The notes under the pieces are model-generated. The model saw nothing but the letters and a program-made list of their open reading frames with translations. It was not told the DNA's origin and did not search any database. Below, one piece after another: positions 1-13,000 of a stretch of DNA of 64,000 nucleotides. A program made the translations under genes and the position numbers. The stretch is from Zygnema circumcarinatum SAG 698-1b (Eukaryota > Plantae > Zygnematophyceae): the NCBI GenBank assembly GCA_037447605.1, contig CM074819.1:1448297-1512296 (forward strand), in the 5' to 3' direction. The first letter of the stretch is position 1; each line of letters opens with the position of its first letter.

Positions 1-547
1 GCTAGGGACAAAACCGGCCGCGAACCGACCCACCGACCACGCGCTGTCGGTTGGACGGCGGTCAAGTCCGGTCTTGCGCTTTCCGCCGATCCCCGTCGTG
101 ACTTCAGGGGTCTTCCAATGGGATTTTGTCACGTATACAAATGGGCCTACGTGGCACGCTTTCATTGGAGGAGTGGTCAAATTTTTTAATTTTTTAGGAG
201 AAGAGGTGAAATTCCTAGCAAGATACCGTACAGTGGCTTACGGACAAATGTGACACAATTCATACGGCTGATCGCTGTGGCAGTTACGTTGAAATATGAA
301 TTTAACGGGTTCGGTGAAACTAGGCATTCCATGCTCGGTCACTTTCTCTCTAACTCTCATAATCCCGACTTTCTTGTCCACTTCCTCCCTGTTCTCGCTC
401 CTCTCCCCTCCTCCCTCTTCCTCTTCCTTACATCCCTCCCTCCAACTTTCCCCCTCTCCCTTCCTCTCTCTCTCTCTTCCTCTCTCTCTCTCTTCCTCTC
501 TCTCTCTCTCTCGCTCTCCCTCTCTCTCCCTCTCTCTCCCTCTCCCT

Positions 548-592
<45 letters not shown>

Positions 593-602
593 NNNNNNNN
601 NN

Positions 603-643
<41 letters not shown>

Positions 644-676
644 GCGCTCTCTCTCTCTTCCCCCCCCCCTCTAACC

Positions 677-3157
677 ACGGGGGCCTCCTGTTGCAGCGCC
701 CGCGGCCGCCATGGCGCGGGGCCGTACGGCGACGCTGGCACTGTGCATTCCAGCAAGAGGCCACTTGCCACTCTCCAGGCGCCGCGTGGCACGTCCAGTG
801 CCACCTGTCGGCCTCTCAACGGCCGCGACTTTTCTTGGCCTCCAGAGACCGCCTCGGCTGCTGCACGCCTTTCATTAAGGAGGGAAAGCGAAGGAGGAGA
901 GGAGGGAGAGGAGCGCGAGAGGGTGAGGGAGAGAGAGGGAGAGGGAGAGGGAGAGGGAGAGGAAGAGAGAGAGGAAGAGGGAGAGGAGGAAGAGTATGGC
1001 ATGCATCGCCTGAGCCATGGTCTCGCCCATGGCTATCCGTTCATCGGAGCGCATAGAGGCGGTGATACTTTGGAGGAGGGCGGCGTTTCACGAGCAGTTA
1101 CGCAGTTGCATAGACAACGTTTGCGTGCAGGTAACTGAGGTGGAGAGAGTCGAATCTCTCCCACTCTCTCTCTCTCGCTCTCTCTCTTTCCCTTTCTCTG
1201 TCTCAATTTATACCAACCCCCCACTCTCTTTGCTCTCCCTCTCCCTCTCTCGGCCCTCACACTTTATCTTTTTCTATTCCTAACTATGTTGCGCTTCCTC
1301 GCTTTCTCATATTCTTCATAAGGAATTTACAATAGCTGGTATGATCTGGAAAATTCAGTTCTGTATTACTGCAACTGAATGTAGTCCCATCAATCTTCAG
1401 TTCTAAAGTTCTCTGCAGTTTTTTTTCTGCCATCATGGAACATTAATCAAAGTGTTAAGGACATCAGTCAGCGTTCTTGTCTTAGTGAACTGGTGAGAGA
1501 GTGAGAGAGGAAATGAGGAAGGGAGAGACGGTGGAAGCGACGGGGGAGGGGTGGGAGAAAGTTGAGACTGTGAAGATGGAGATCGGCAGGGGATGGGAGA
1601 GAGGGAGAGAGGGAGAGAGGAAGGAAGGATGAGAGGAGGCATGTAGGGTTGTTGGAGAGAATAACCCCTATTCTATTACTCGTTCTAGGGTTTCCACGTG
1701 ACCGATATACATTTGGTTTTTTTAAGCATGTTATTTTCTAGGCCTTGCCTATCCTATTCATGCTATTCGTGTTGATATGAACATTCTCATTGGTGGTTTT
1801 TCTTATCCCTCTTAACTATGTCTCGATGACGTTTTTTAACTGAGTGTATTTGCTTTAGGTTTGCTTAAAATCAAAGTGTAGTAGTCTGTACTTCAGTTAC
1901 TTCCACTCTTTAAGTTAATTGGAACTAATTGGAATGCCTTCTCTTTCCTCCTTTGGTTGTCTTTTGAAAACTTGCAGAGGGAATGGAGACATGCAAGTGT
2001 GGGCGAAAGGTAGGAGTACTGCTTCCCCCTAGTGGTTTCCGCAGTCTCGTCTACTCTAACTTATCCTCTTCCCTTTCTTCATCTGCTGCGGGCTCTCAAA
2101 ACCCTAAAAATCATTAAACTCCTTCAACCCTTAAAGCTGCAATCTGAAAAACATGCAAACTCCGCGAACCTAAACTCCCTTATTTTTTTTCGTTTTTTTT
2201 TTTTTTCAGGCCTGCCCTGTATCTGCCACCTCAGCGTCTGCCCGAGCCTCCAACAGCTCCGGAATTCTCCGCCATCAAATGCCCTCTCACTTCCTCCCCT
2301 CCCCACATTCCAAACCTCTCCCGAACCTCCTCCAGCCCCTTCCAGACAACAGCTCCTTTCCCCACTCCCTCTCTTCTCCCTTCCTCTCCCTTCCTTCTCT
2401 CTCCTACTCCCATCCTTCTCAGCAAGGAACCTTCCGAGTAGGACCCGACTCCCACCACCCTCACTCTCCCTCCGGAAGCACTCTCCTCTCCTCCTCCGCT
2501 TCCGGACATGAAACTGACACCAATAGCTGTACCTCTGCTACCAGCAGTCAGAGCTTAACCTATACCGGAATGCCGACCGGATACATTCCGGCTGTCCCTA
2601 TCCATGGCTGCGCTGATGGACAGGTGTCAGGCTCTACCAGTCCTAGCCGGCAGTCTGTACCTTCCTCAGGTGATGCCTCCCCCATGCATAGAGTCACCAT
2701 TGCCCATGGAGCAGGTTCACCTGAGGGAGTGACTGACTGGTGGTCAGCTTATACCTTCTCGGACCTTCTCCTTAACTCTCGAAGGGAGAGGCTGCGTTGG
2801 ATAGGAGGGGGAGAGAGAGGGGGAGGGGGAGAGAGGGGGGGAGGGGGAGAGAGAGGGGGAGGGGGAGAGAGAGGGGGAGGGATGTTTTTGAGAGAGAGAA
2901 GTCGGAGTTCGAGTTCTCAAGTAGCAGCCGATCCCGACCCTGACCCGGACCTCCAGAGATGCGGCACGTGTGGGCGGTTACTGATACGTAGATCGCCGTT
3001 TGCTCCGAAGAGAGGGGGTTTGGAGAGCACGCAGGTGCCCATACCCATAGTGAGTGTGCTCGTATGCGGCCACGTCTTCCATAGTGAGTGTTTGGAGAGT
3101 GCCCTTACCGAAGTGCAGTGCCAGGACCCGCNNNNNNNNNNCTTAGTCAGGCATTGA
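677..3157 (+). CDS. RING-type zinc-finger protein (At4g39140/At1g75400-like plant family), spliced; the 3' end is broken by an N-gap
   Basis: The C-terminus DLQRCGTCGRLLIRRS...IVSVLVCGHVFHSECLESALTEVQCQDP matches the family RING (C-x2-C...VLVCGHVYHAECLE...DP-x-CPxC), cut by the gap at 3132-3141. Phase-consistent exons: 677-1130 (GTAAC donor), 1978-2009, 2210-gap. The N-terminus reads (ACG)GASCCSAR; the first in-frame ATG is at 1001. Confidence 0.8.
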
Positions 3158-3298
3158 ACGCAGCCGAGGTTGCATTATGAATTATTCACATAGGACTGGG
3201 TCGCTTCTTCTGCAAGGGTAATTTTTTACATTCTGATATTCGGCACAATGTCAAAGGAAATAATTTCATTTTTTTGAAGATTTCTTGCTCTCTTCAAT

Positions 3299-5636
3299 TT
3301 AGCCGGGCTTTGACTTTTGATACAGTAGCTTGAAGTACAGGGAAAAGGGAGCATGGGGAAGGGACGGGCCTGAGGCAAGAAGGGGGAGTTGGAGAGGGGA
3401 AGACATGGAAGAGGGAAGTGCGGGAGGGGGGAAGCGAGAGAGGAAGGAAGCGAGAGAGAGAGAGAGAGAGACGAAGGGAGGGAGAGGGAAATTGGGAGAG
3501 GGGTGAAGGGCGGGATAGAAAGAGGGGAGGCTGCGAAAGAGAGGGAAGAAGGGGGCGAGAAGAGACGGAGAGAGAAGGGACGAGGAAGGGAAGAAGTTGG
3601 GAAGAGCGAGGGAATTAGGGAGAGAGGGAAGGAGAGAAAGAGAAGAGAGGGAGAGAGGGAGGAAGAGGGTAGGGAGTAGGGAGAAAAGCAAGGGTAGAGA
3701 TGGAGAGAGGGAAGAGAGACGAGAGGAAGAAAAGGAAAGGAGGCAGGGTCAGAGAGAAGAAGGGAATGGGAAGGATGCAAACAGCGAAGGGAGGGAGAGG
3801 GAGAGGGAGAGGGAGAGGGAGAGGGAGAGGGAGAGGNNNNNNNNNNGGGGGAGGGGGAGGAAGAAAGGAGGGAGAGAGGGAAGTGAGAAGAGAGATTGAC
3901 GAAGGGAAGAGAGAATGACAGTTATGAGAATAGAGTGAACATAAGAGAAAATAGGTGGAAGGAATCGCTTCCAGCATAAGTTTGATTTAGGCGTTGTGCC
4001 TAAAGCAATGTTCTTAAAAAGACAGCCACGAGCAGGAGAGCTAGAACAGAATATGTACGACTAATATCACCTCGAAACTCACAAATTACCGGAAATTTCT
4101 TTCAGGATGAAGGGTCCTGAAACTTATCACTACCTAATCTTACTCATACTACACATTGCCCTATCGTACAATATTTAACAGTAACAAACTGTTCTAAGAA
4201 ATGAATGCGAAATCCCTATGTACAGGAAGAGAAATGTACAGACAGGACATGTAGAGTAACTGGATTCGACTGAAGCATTGTGTTGTCTGGTAATGAAGGA
4301 GCTGCGCAGGAGAGACGTTTTTCATGTTTACACGATGACGGCAGATCTGATGTGATACTCCTGCGCAAACTGTACCTTCAGTCCAAAGCCCTGATTGTCA
4401 TCCACTGTCGTGAAGGAAACCTGCCATTACGAGGCCCTCATTGCCAGTCAACGTAACACTCACTGAATTTCTATTGCAAGTACAGCGTTGCATTTTGCTA
4501 CCTCGAAATCTGTTTTTAGGAAAGTGTAAGTGAGAATGAAGCACAACAAGATTTTGTGCAAACATCGCCGACCACTGCCAAAAAGGGCAGCTATCCAAGA
4601 ACTAGCAATAACACTCCCTGATGAAGAATCTTTTCTCCTCTAAAGGCATTAAGCCCTTCCCCCCTCCTCTGAAACCCCACCTTCCCCCCCCCCCCCCTTC
4701 CTTCTCCCATCCCTTCCCTTTCCCTTGCTCTTCCCTCACTCTCTTCCTATTTCCCTCTCGCTCCTCGCCACTCGCCACTTGCCACTCCCCCTCCCCACTC
4801 CCTCCCACCCTCCTCCCCTCCCTCCCACCGCCTCTCCCTCCCACCATCCCTCCCTCCCTCCCTCGCTCGCTCCCTCCCTCCTCCGTCGCTTTCCCCTTCC
4901 CCTCTCTCCTCCCCCCCTCCCTCCCTACCTTAAATACACCCTTCACTCGCTGCAGAGCTTCGTTGAATTTCTGCTCATGAAGCCTGTACATATCTGTATT
5001 CAGCCATGGAGTAGGCAGCACAATCGTTTCACTATTTACCGCCACCGCCTGAATGATCTCACCAACGCTTGAACTGCTGTTTTCATACTCCTCAGCGGAG
5101 CCCTTCAGCTCAACAATGAGGCCCGAGCTTGTCCCATTCACTCTCCCATCCTCTACATCAGTCTGAGCTTCCACTTCCAGATACACCACATCCATGGCTC
5201 CCTCTCCTTTCTCCTCTGCTCCCTCACTTCCTTCCTCTTCTTCCTCTGCTTCGACCCCGACCTCCCCTCCCTCTTCCCTCGCACCTCCCATTCCCACACC
5301 GCCAGTAACTCTCACTCTACATTCACCTTCTCTCCCTCCCTCTCTCTTATCCTGCAATTCGAATGAATCAGGGAGCAATTCATCGTCCAAGGCAGCCCCT
5401 TTTCCTTCCCTCCTCTCCACCTCACTCCCAACACCACATATCCTACCTCCAAAGACTCCCTGTTCGCCTGCACTCACCCAGCCATGCTCTCCTGGAGTCA
5501 ATACAATCACTTCCATATCACTTAACTCCCTGAAAGCCTCCCGTCCCTCCTCAATTCCCACTATCTGCTCCCTCCAACTCACATTCCTCAATACAAACCT
5601 CTCCTCAAACCCTCTCCCTCCTACTTCAGCAGCCAT
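3299..5636 (-). CDS. Hypothetical protein, Glu/Gly-rich N-terminal exon plus small downstream exons; exon chain incomplete
   Basis: An open exon 5636-4929 ends ...IVLPTPWLNTDMYRLHEQKFNEALQRVKGVFK at an AAG|GTAGG donor. The next in-phase exon is VSFTTVDDNQGFGLK (about 4420-4376). A possible last exon is GPSLPHAPFSLYFKLLYQKSKPG* (about 3370-3299). No family recognised. Confidence 0.5.
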
Positions 5637-7068
5637 GCCTGCTAGGAGCCCTCCCCTTCAACCACCAAGCACCCTGTAATCTCTGCCTGAAGCTACCCGC
5701 GAGGCAGCCCTCCCTCCCCCCCGGCAGCCATGGCCGACCACTTGCCAGCAGGTCCCTCGTCTTTAGGGCCAGACGGCCGCCCTGACACGCCACACGTGCA
5801 AAATCTTCATGCTCGTAGCCAAATATTTCGCACCTGTGAAAGATTTACAAGTGTGTCTTACACGTGTGTTATCTTACACGTGTACGATCTAATCGACGGC
5901 TGGAATTCTGCCACGTGGTAAAAGTAAATAGCTCGAAATTGTACGGTTTTCGTGTGAACTGTTTGAGCTGAAGGCTAGGAGCCCAAGGGTTGGCTAAGCC
6001 AATGGTTGGCTGGGTCAATGATTGCCTGAGCCAATGGTTGGCCCAATGGTCTGACCTGGGCGTCTTCAACGCAGGCTCTACCGTGTACGACTCTCTGCGG
6101 GACGATTCGAGTTAGAGGCAAAATCGTGACAGAGTGAGTCCTAATCGGAATTTTTTTTTTTTTTTTTTTCTCAAGGAAGCATGACTTCCCTTGTTAAAGG
6201 ACTCGGCCAATGTGGGTTCCAGCTTGCAGTCATGGCTGAAGTACCGTCTAGGGATCAAAGCCTGACTGAGTCACGATTTTGCCACCACTCGGTAGAATGC
6301 AGGACAGGTAACATACGGCACATCATCATCGTCGCGAGGCGGTGCATCAAATACATACCACGGCGATGTAAAGACTTCAGTCCCCTTCACGAGGAGGGCC
6401 AGTACATAAGAGTCATAAACAACCCTAAAAAACAACTCCCCAGCAGTAAACGAGGACGGACGGAGTGGCCTTTCATTCAGCTACAGAAAACGGAACGTCG
6501 TGTATTGCGTCTGTTAAGAATAATGAACTGACAAACAAAGAATGGACGCCTTGACAACCCTAATTTCTCTGTAGAGCTCAAGGGACTATTACCTGGAGGA
6601 CACGTGAAGCGGAAATAACGCAACGGGCTTTTATTCCAGATTGCGGACTCGAGGCAGACGGCACTCGTAGAAAACCCGTTGTGAACAGTCAAACAAGGCT
6701 AAACCCCAGGCCATCCTCCCTTTCCCTCTCCCTCTCCCTCTCCCTCTCCCTCTCTCCCTCTCCCTCTCCCTTTCCCTCTCCCTCTCCCTCTTCCTCCCTT
6801 ACTCGGCGGTTGCGAACTCTTTTCTCCGGAGTCGCTTGCCAGGCGGTTGTTGAAGCTCAGGTTTATCATGTGACCTGTCACATCGCCCCGTTAGAGTTTC
6901 AGTTTCCAGGAAGAAGCTGATCGGCCATCAGAAACTGAGCTGAATGCATCGCCTATGCACCGTTCAACCATTCGAAACATGAAGGGCATGGGAGCTGACA
7001 TGACATGACATGGCATGCAGTTACTGAGCACCGATCGACTATTTACCGTCTGAGTGAAGGTTCAGTTC

Positions 7069-10000
7069 TCACCTTGATCCATTCTTATCTCTCCCTCCCC
7101 CTGGCAGCAGCCTTAACGCCGCCTCGGAAGCCTGCAAGAAAGTGGAGGTGGAAATGGAAGTTACGAAGGGGACATCGCTCAAAGGAAACGACCAATTGTT
7201 CATCCATTGACCCCTCCATTCCTTGACTACATATGCAGTCATTAGATCACAGTCACGAATGCATTCAAACTGACTACCTTCGGCCAACACATTCAGTCTG
7301 GGTTTTTAGGGTTTTTAGGGTTTAATGTAATGTAATGTCTAGAGCCCCCAATTAGTGTGGGCTCAGAATTCGCGAAGGCCATACAAATATAGGAAAACCC
7401 CAAAAAAAGTATTCGAAGCCCACACAAAATCATGCAACCTCAATTTATGTTTCCTCCTTTTTAGGAAAAATAAAAAGAAGCAATGAAATTGAAAGACCCA
7501 AAATACACATAACTAAATTATTCTTACATATTGCATTGAAACAAAAAGAAGATAGTGTGACCCACACTAGGTTAAGCTATTCAGCACTAAAATAGTCATC
7601 AGTAACCCAATTTAAGTGGCTTATAAAGAGTGTGACCCACAATAGTATGTATGGACGTAACAAAATTGAAAGGTTAAAAAATAGTCTGACCCACAGCGAG
7701 AAAGAGAAAAGGAGAGAGAAAGAGAGAGAAAGAGAGAGAAAGGGAGAGGGAGAGTGAGAGAAGAGCAGTTACTTTTTGTACCTGCTATATCTTACACAAA
7801 TGTCCCCTAAACTGACTGCAAACTTCTTCACTTCATTTCACATAAATGTAGTGATAAAACAGAGGGAAAATGACATTTGAGTGAAGTAAGGTTCGCACTA
7901 CCTCCTGCCTGGTTCCCTTCTTTGTTGTTCCACTCCTAGTCACTATCAATTTTCCATCTATCTCCACCTGCAAGGCAGAAAACTGTGACAGAACGTTACA
8001 CATGCTGACCACATCCCAATGAAAGGCCCAACAACTCTCTCCCCTCTCGCCCGCCTCCCTCCCACCCTTCCCCCTTCAACCTGTCTCTCAAAAATACTGA
8101 GACACGGATCAATAGAAATGCGTTTAACTTCCAGGAGGAAAGGGCAGACGGAAGTACATGGCAAGAAAATGTCGGTCTGTGAAGGGGACCTTCTGGAGGT
8201 GGCTCCGAATAATGAAGTTCCCAGCCCTCGGCCTCACACTGTCGAACATTTTTTTACAAACCGTATACGGGTAAGATTCTTACGATGTTACTTCAGAAAC
8301 CAATGATCAAAGGAAATTCCATTACCCAGACAACCTAATAACCAACTCTTGAAGGCCCTCCATACTCGTGAACAGCTAAAGTATTGCTTGCTCCAGACCT
8401 CAAGAATTTCGGGTTTGAAAGGACCATGGGCTATTTAATGCTTCATGAATTTGCTTTCATCTTCAACTTCACAAGCCACTCAAATGTGGACTCAACTGTG
8501 AGAACACGCGGAACAAAAAGGGCAGAGTAGGTACACAGCTCACCAAGCTCCTCAATAGGACGACCGGGTTTTCTTGAAAGGAAGTCCCACTAGAAGTTCG
8601 AAGTCCATTTCTTTGAGCCTCTACACTCATTCCCACAGCTTCTGCATGCAAATCTCTCTCTGCTGATTCCCCACTTTCAAATTCCATAGAAGGTCGTCTC
8701 CGAGGGTCTCGCGAATCTCTCCCTCTCCCTCCCACCAGAACAATCTCTGCATTGCTTTGGCTAGGTCCAACTCCCACAGGAGAAGAACCCTCACCCTTAC
8801 GCTCTCCTACAGACCCATCCCCTCTACTAAGACCAATTTGAGGGCCTGAAAGTTCCTCTCTCTGTGGGATGCCGCTGAACCCTAATCCAGCACTCGGTCT
8901 GTGATCCTGCTGAGGAAGAAAAGGGGAGATTCTTGGACTTATGTGTTCTGAAGCTTCCACACGCTTCCATGTAGTTCCAGAATCATCATTTCCATTGTTT
9001 CCCACCCATGACCCTCCATTTCTCTCACTTCGTTGAGTAGCCGCAGCTTCTCTTTCAGCCCTCCACACATCCCACGCTGCCTGAAACTTTCTGCTGTCCT
9101 CAGACATTCGTATGACACTACCACTCACACTTTCACTCCCACTCCCACTCCCACTCCCACTCCCACTCCCACTCCCACTCCCACTCCCACTCCCACTCCC
9201 ACTCCCACTCCCACTCCCTCCCCTCCCTCCCACTCCCCTCCCTCCCACTCCCACTCCCACTCCACTCCCCACTCCCACTCCCACTCCCACTCCCACTCCC
9301 ACTCCCACTCCCACTCCCACTCCCACTCCCACTCCCACTCCCACTCCCACTCCCACTCCCACTCCCTCCTTCCATGCCCCTCACTAATTGGTCACCTGAA
9401 CCGCGACTTATGTTAACTAACTGCTCTGAATTTCCCCTATTTGGGTTTCCGTCAAAAGGCCAAAATCCCGCGGGCTGCCCTACATCTACCTGAGGAGCTC
9501 GAGGGGGCTGAAACTCAGCTTCTGCATTTGGAGCTAAAAGTGCATCAGGTGCTTTTGCAGGAACTGGGGCTATTCCTGCAGCAATGCGAGGGTCTCTTGG
9601 ATTCCTCCGAGAAACTAGGTTTCCCGCAGAGTTGGAAGGAGCTGCCTTTCCATCTGTTTCTGATCTCTCCTGAAGAGAAGCTCCTACAGGTTGAGGCTGT
9701 GCTGAATGGTTCGCAAAACCTGGCCCATTCATTAAGCATATGCGTTATCATGTCAATATGTTAATTGACATGTTAATGTTGAAGTAAACGTATGAAGACT
9801 AATAACAGTGCAGGTCAATTAGCCTACTCTTACTCTTGCATTTTGGTTAAGGAGAAATACCAACGCAAGTCTAACATGGGAAGGAAAAGTTCACCATTGA
9901 GAAGATCCAAAACCGCCTCTGCAGCATGAAGTCGAGCGTCTTTCTTGCTTCGTCCAACACCTTCTCCAACCTTTGTTCCACCCAAGAGAACCTGCATTAT

Positions 10001-13000
10001 TGACTACTTTCTCAATAATTATCGCCGTCACGGGCTCCGTCTTAAATCTTAAGTTGCTAATACGAAAGAGAGATCTTCAAAGGCTCGATCCTAAACCTGA
10101 AGTAAATAATTCGCCAGAGCTAGGTCTTTCCCAAACATGCTTCACACGCATGAAAGGAGAAAGAAAGAAAAATCGTCCCAACTCCAGTAAGGTCATCGTG
10201 CCAAGCGTCGAGCGAATTACTAAACCAAAAAAAGAAAATGAGGTTTGTCTAATGGGAAGGCAGGCCTAAATAATGCACCCCCCTTGCTCATCCCCGGAAG
10301 AATTGACATAAAGGACGTTTATTTCATCATCGGAGATGTGATGGAAATGCTATAATATGACAGAGAGTTTGAAACTCACCTCCACAGCAAACTCTGGATT
10401 GTCTGTCCCTCTTCTGACCGGAGGAGAATACTCCAACTGTAATTTAAAAACAAAAAATTGAAAGTGAGATCTACTACCAACCTCAGATAGTCAGTGAAAG
10501 ATGATGCTCTCCAGTCATCCACATCTTTATGTACATGTACTTGCAGAACCAATTCACATCAGCAGCCAGCCACCTTCTGAACTGATCTCAACTCCTTCCA
10601 AGTCCTATATCTTCGTGAGACCTCCCTCTATGACGAGCAATCACAATACCAATGTGACTACTTCACTATCTTTGATACTCTACTCCTTCCCCGTTCCTCC
10701 CTCCATAGCTCATTCTCTCTTCGCACCCTTTCACTCTCTCGTTTTCTCTCACCCTTTCTTACGCTTGTGATTTCTCCCATTTCAGGGATACTCAATCTAA
10801 AACATTCACCAATACAGTTGAGAAGTCGCTTCAAGGAGGAAAAAGCAGCATCTTTCAGTGCCATGAATTGGACAAGAAACAGAAGTTGAAAACCTTCAAG
10901 GGGTCTCTGTTCGTCACCAGTCAAGACTTACAGCTTCGTGACTCTTCTGGCTAGCCTCATTCAAGAGACTGATCGGGTTTGCTGGAACAGGTTTGTGTGG
11001 GTGAGTTTGCAGCTCTTGAAGCACCTGTCCTATCTTCAAAACTCGCTGTGATAGATCTGGGGATGGAGAGGGAGACTTGGCTAAAATTAAAGCCAGGGAC
11101 TGAGCCAATAGGTCCTGAGAACTGGGCACATTCGCTGCAAAAAATGACATAAAACCACTTGCAAGCTGTTCTCAGTTTCAACGTAAAACAATGAGAAATA
11201 TAAGACGTGAAAATGTCAAGTTAGAGCATCAATATGGGAGCATCAATATCACTTTGAAATGAAGAGCAGACCTGGACGTGCTGCCTGCTGCAGCTCTTGC
11301 TCAGTGCTCTCAGGTGACCGTATTGGAGCTTGAGCCCCACCAGCCGATGTTATCGGTAAAGATTGGACCTGAGTCAATAGAGTGGATAATGGTTGGGGTG
11401 ATCTGCTTCTTGCATAAAGTGTATCAGCAGATTGTCCTCCACCCCATCCTGCATGTGGTTTGCGAGGATCCGACGGTCCTAAGCGAGGCCTTCCAGGGAT
11501 TGAAGGCTCAATTACAGGAGGTGAAAGCTGCATTCCACTCTCGGTAGTAATTGGTCGACCAAGTGTCATAGATGGAGACTGTGGGAAGCTAAAAGTTTCC
11601 GTGTAACCAGAACCTAATGTATGGCTAAGAGGCACTCCTACATGGGTAGGAGGTAGGATAGGCCCAGAAGGGGAAGGAGATGGTTGGCGAGCTCTCTCCT
11701 GCTGTAAGATAAGCATCTTCCTGTGCTCTTCATCGAGATCAACTTCCGGCAAATCATCGTCGTCGTCGTCATCTATTGCTTCTTTCTGGTTCAATTCGCC
11801 TTCCTCTATGTCGACATCTTTCCCATTCGTTCGGGGCCTTTTTGGGAGGAGTGCAAACCCGGAGTCTATAGATGGTGGAGGCAATTTCGATGGAACTTGA
11901 GGGAGCCCAAAAGATAAAGGGATGGGTTCAGCCGGTGGGAGAGGGGAAGAAATCTGCTTTGACACTGGTAATGGGAGTGGCAGACTTGGTAAGGGAGGAA
12001 GCATGCCTTGCGGAGAGCTAGGTCTTAAGATTTTCAGGCTTTGTGAAGTTGGTAAACTACTGCTGGAAAGTGAAGAACTGGGAGGCTGCTGCTGTGATAG
12101 TGGAGGGGCTGGGGAGCTTGAAAGTGGCGGATTGGATAGGAGAGGTGACTGTACTGAGCGTTGAATCTGCTTCAAGCTGGAAAGCTGGTCTGGTCCATTA
12201 CCAATTGGACTTAAGTTTGGCACTTGGTCCCCTTGTTTGCCTACTGAGAATGGCGTGTTCTGCTGCTGTATATTACGGCTGTTTTTTTCTCTAAGTCCTG
12301 CACTAGGTTGGTCCCAAGCGAGACTGTGTGTCTGCTGCTGGTAAGGAAATTTAGTCTGGAATTCCAATTCCTGCTCTGTCTTGGGTAGACTTTTCTGCTG
12401 CGTCTGACGGGCAGTTCGCAGAGATATGTCCTGTTGAGAAGGAGGCTGCTGAGAAGGAGTGAGAGGAACAGGTGGATGCTGTGAGGGAGGTGGAGGCAGA
12501 CCACCCGGTAAAGGATTAAACTGCAAATTTACCTGACTATTCTGCATCATCTGCTTCTGAGGCAGCTGTGCCTGGGAAAGGAATGGCGATAGTTCTATCT
12601 TGGGGGGGCCGGAATCAGGGGCTAAAGTTGAAGAAGGTGATACCCCTTCAGGTGAAGCTTGAGCAGGTGGGCCTAAACCTCCAGGACGCTGCTCAGCCAG
12701 TAGACGGCGGAAGAGAGGCAAATGCTTGGCTACTAACTCCTGCTGATCCAAAGGGATCTGAAGCTGATTAAGCATAGCCTGCAAATCAGGAGGCAGCTTT
12801 CCTAATACCTCAACATTGTTGCTTTCTTCATTACCCACTTGATCCCGGTCAGCTTTCCCCTTCACTTCATTTGCAGGAGTGGACGAAGATACAAAAGATC
12901 CTTTTGGGTGATCCTCATGTGCATCGGACGTAGTTCCAGTATGAGGAAGAGGATGAGGAATTTCTCCTATGAACTGAGTCGATATTGGCCCTCCAACAGT

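Noticed and set aside
1-222. GCTAGG...CCTAGC as possible transposon ends
   Set aside because: Only a 6-bp match, and the window edge hides any TSD.
7555-7695. Three TGACCCACA motifs in the last CPL1 intron as TCP sites
   Set aside because: They mismatch the GGNCCCAC consensus and are too short to support a call.
10658-10924. [22 protein letters not shown] as an extra CPL1 dsRBM exon
   Set aside because: dsRBM1 is complete and in phase when the exon ending SHEA is spliced directly to LEYSPP, so this ORF is intronic.
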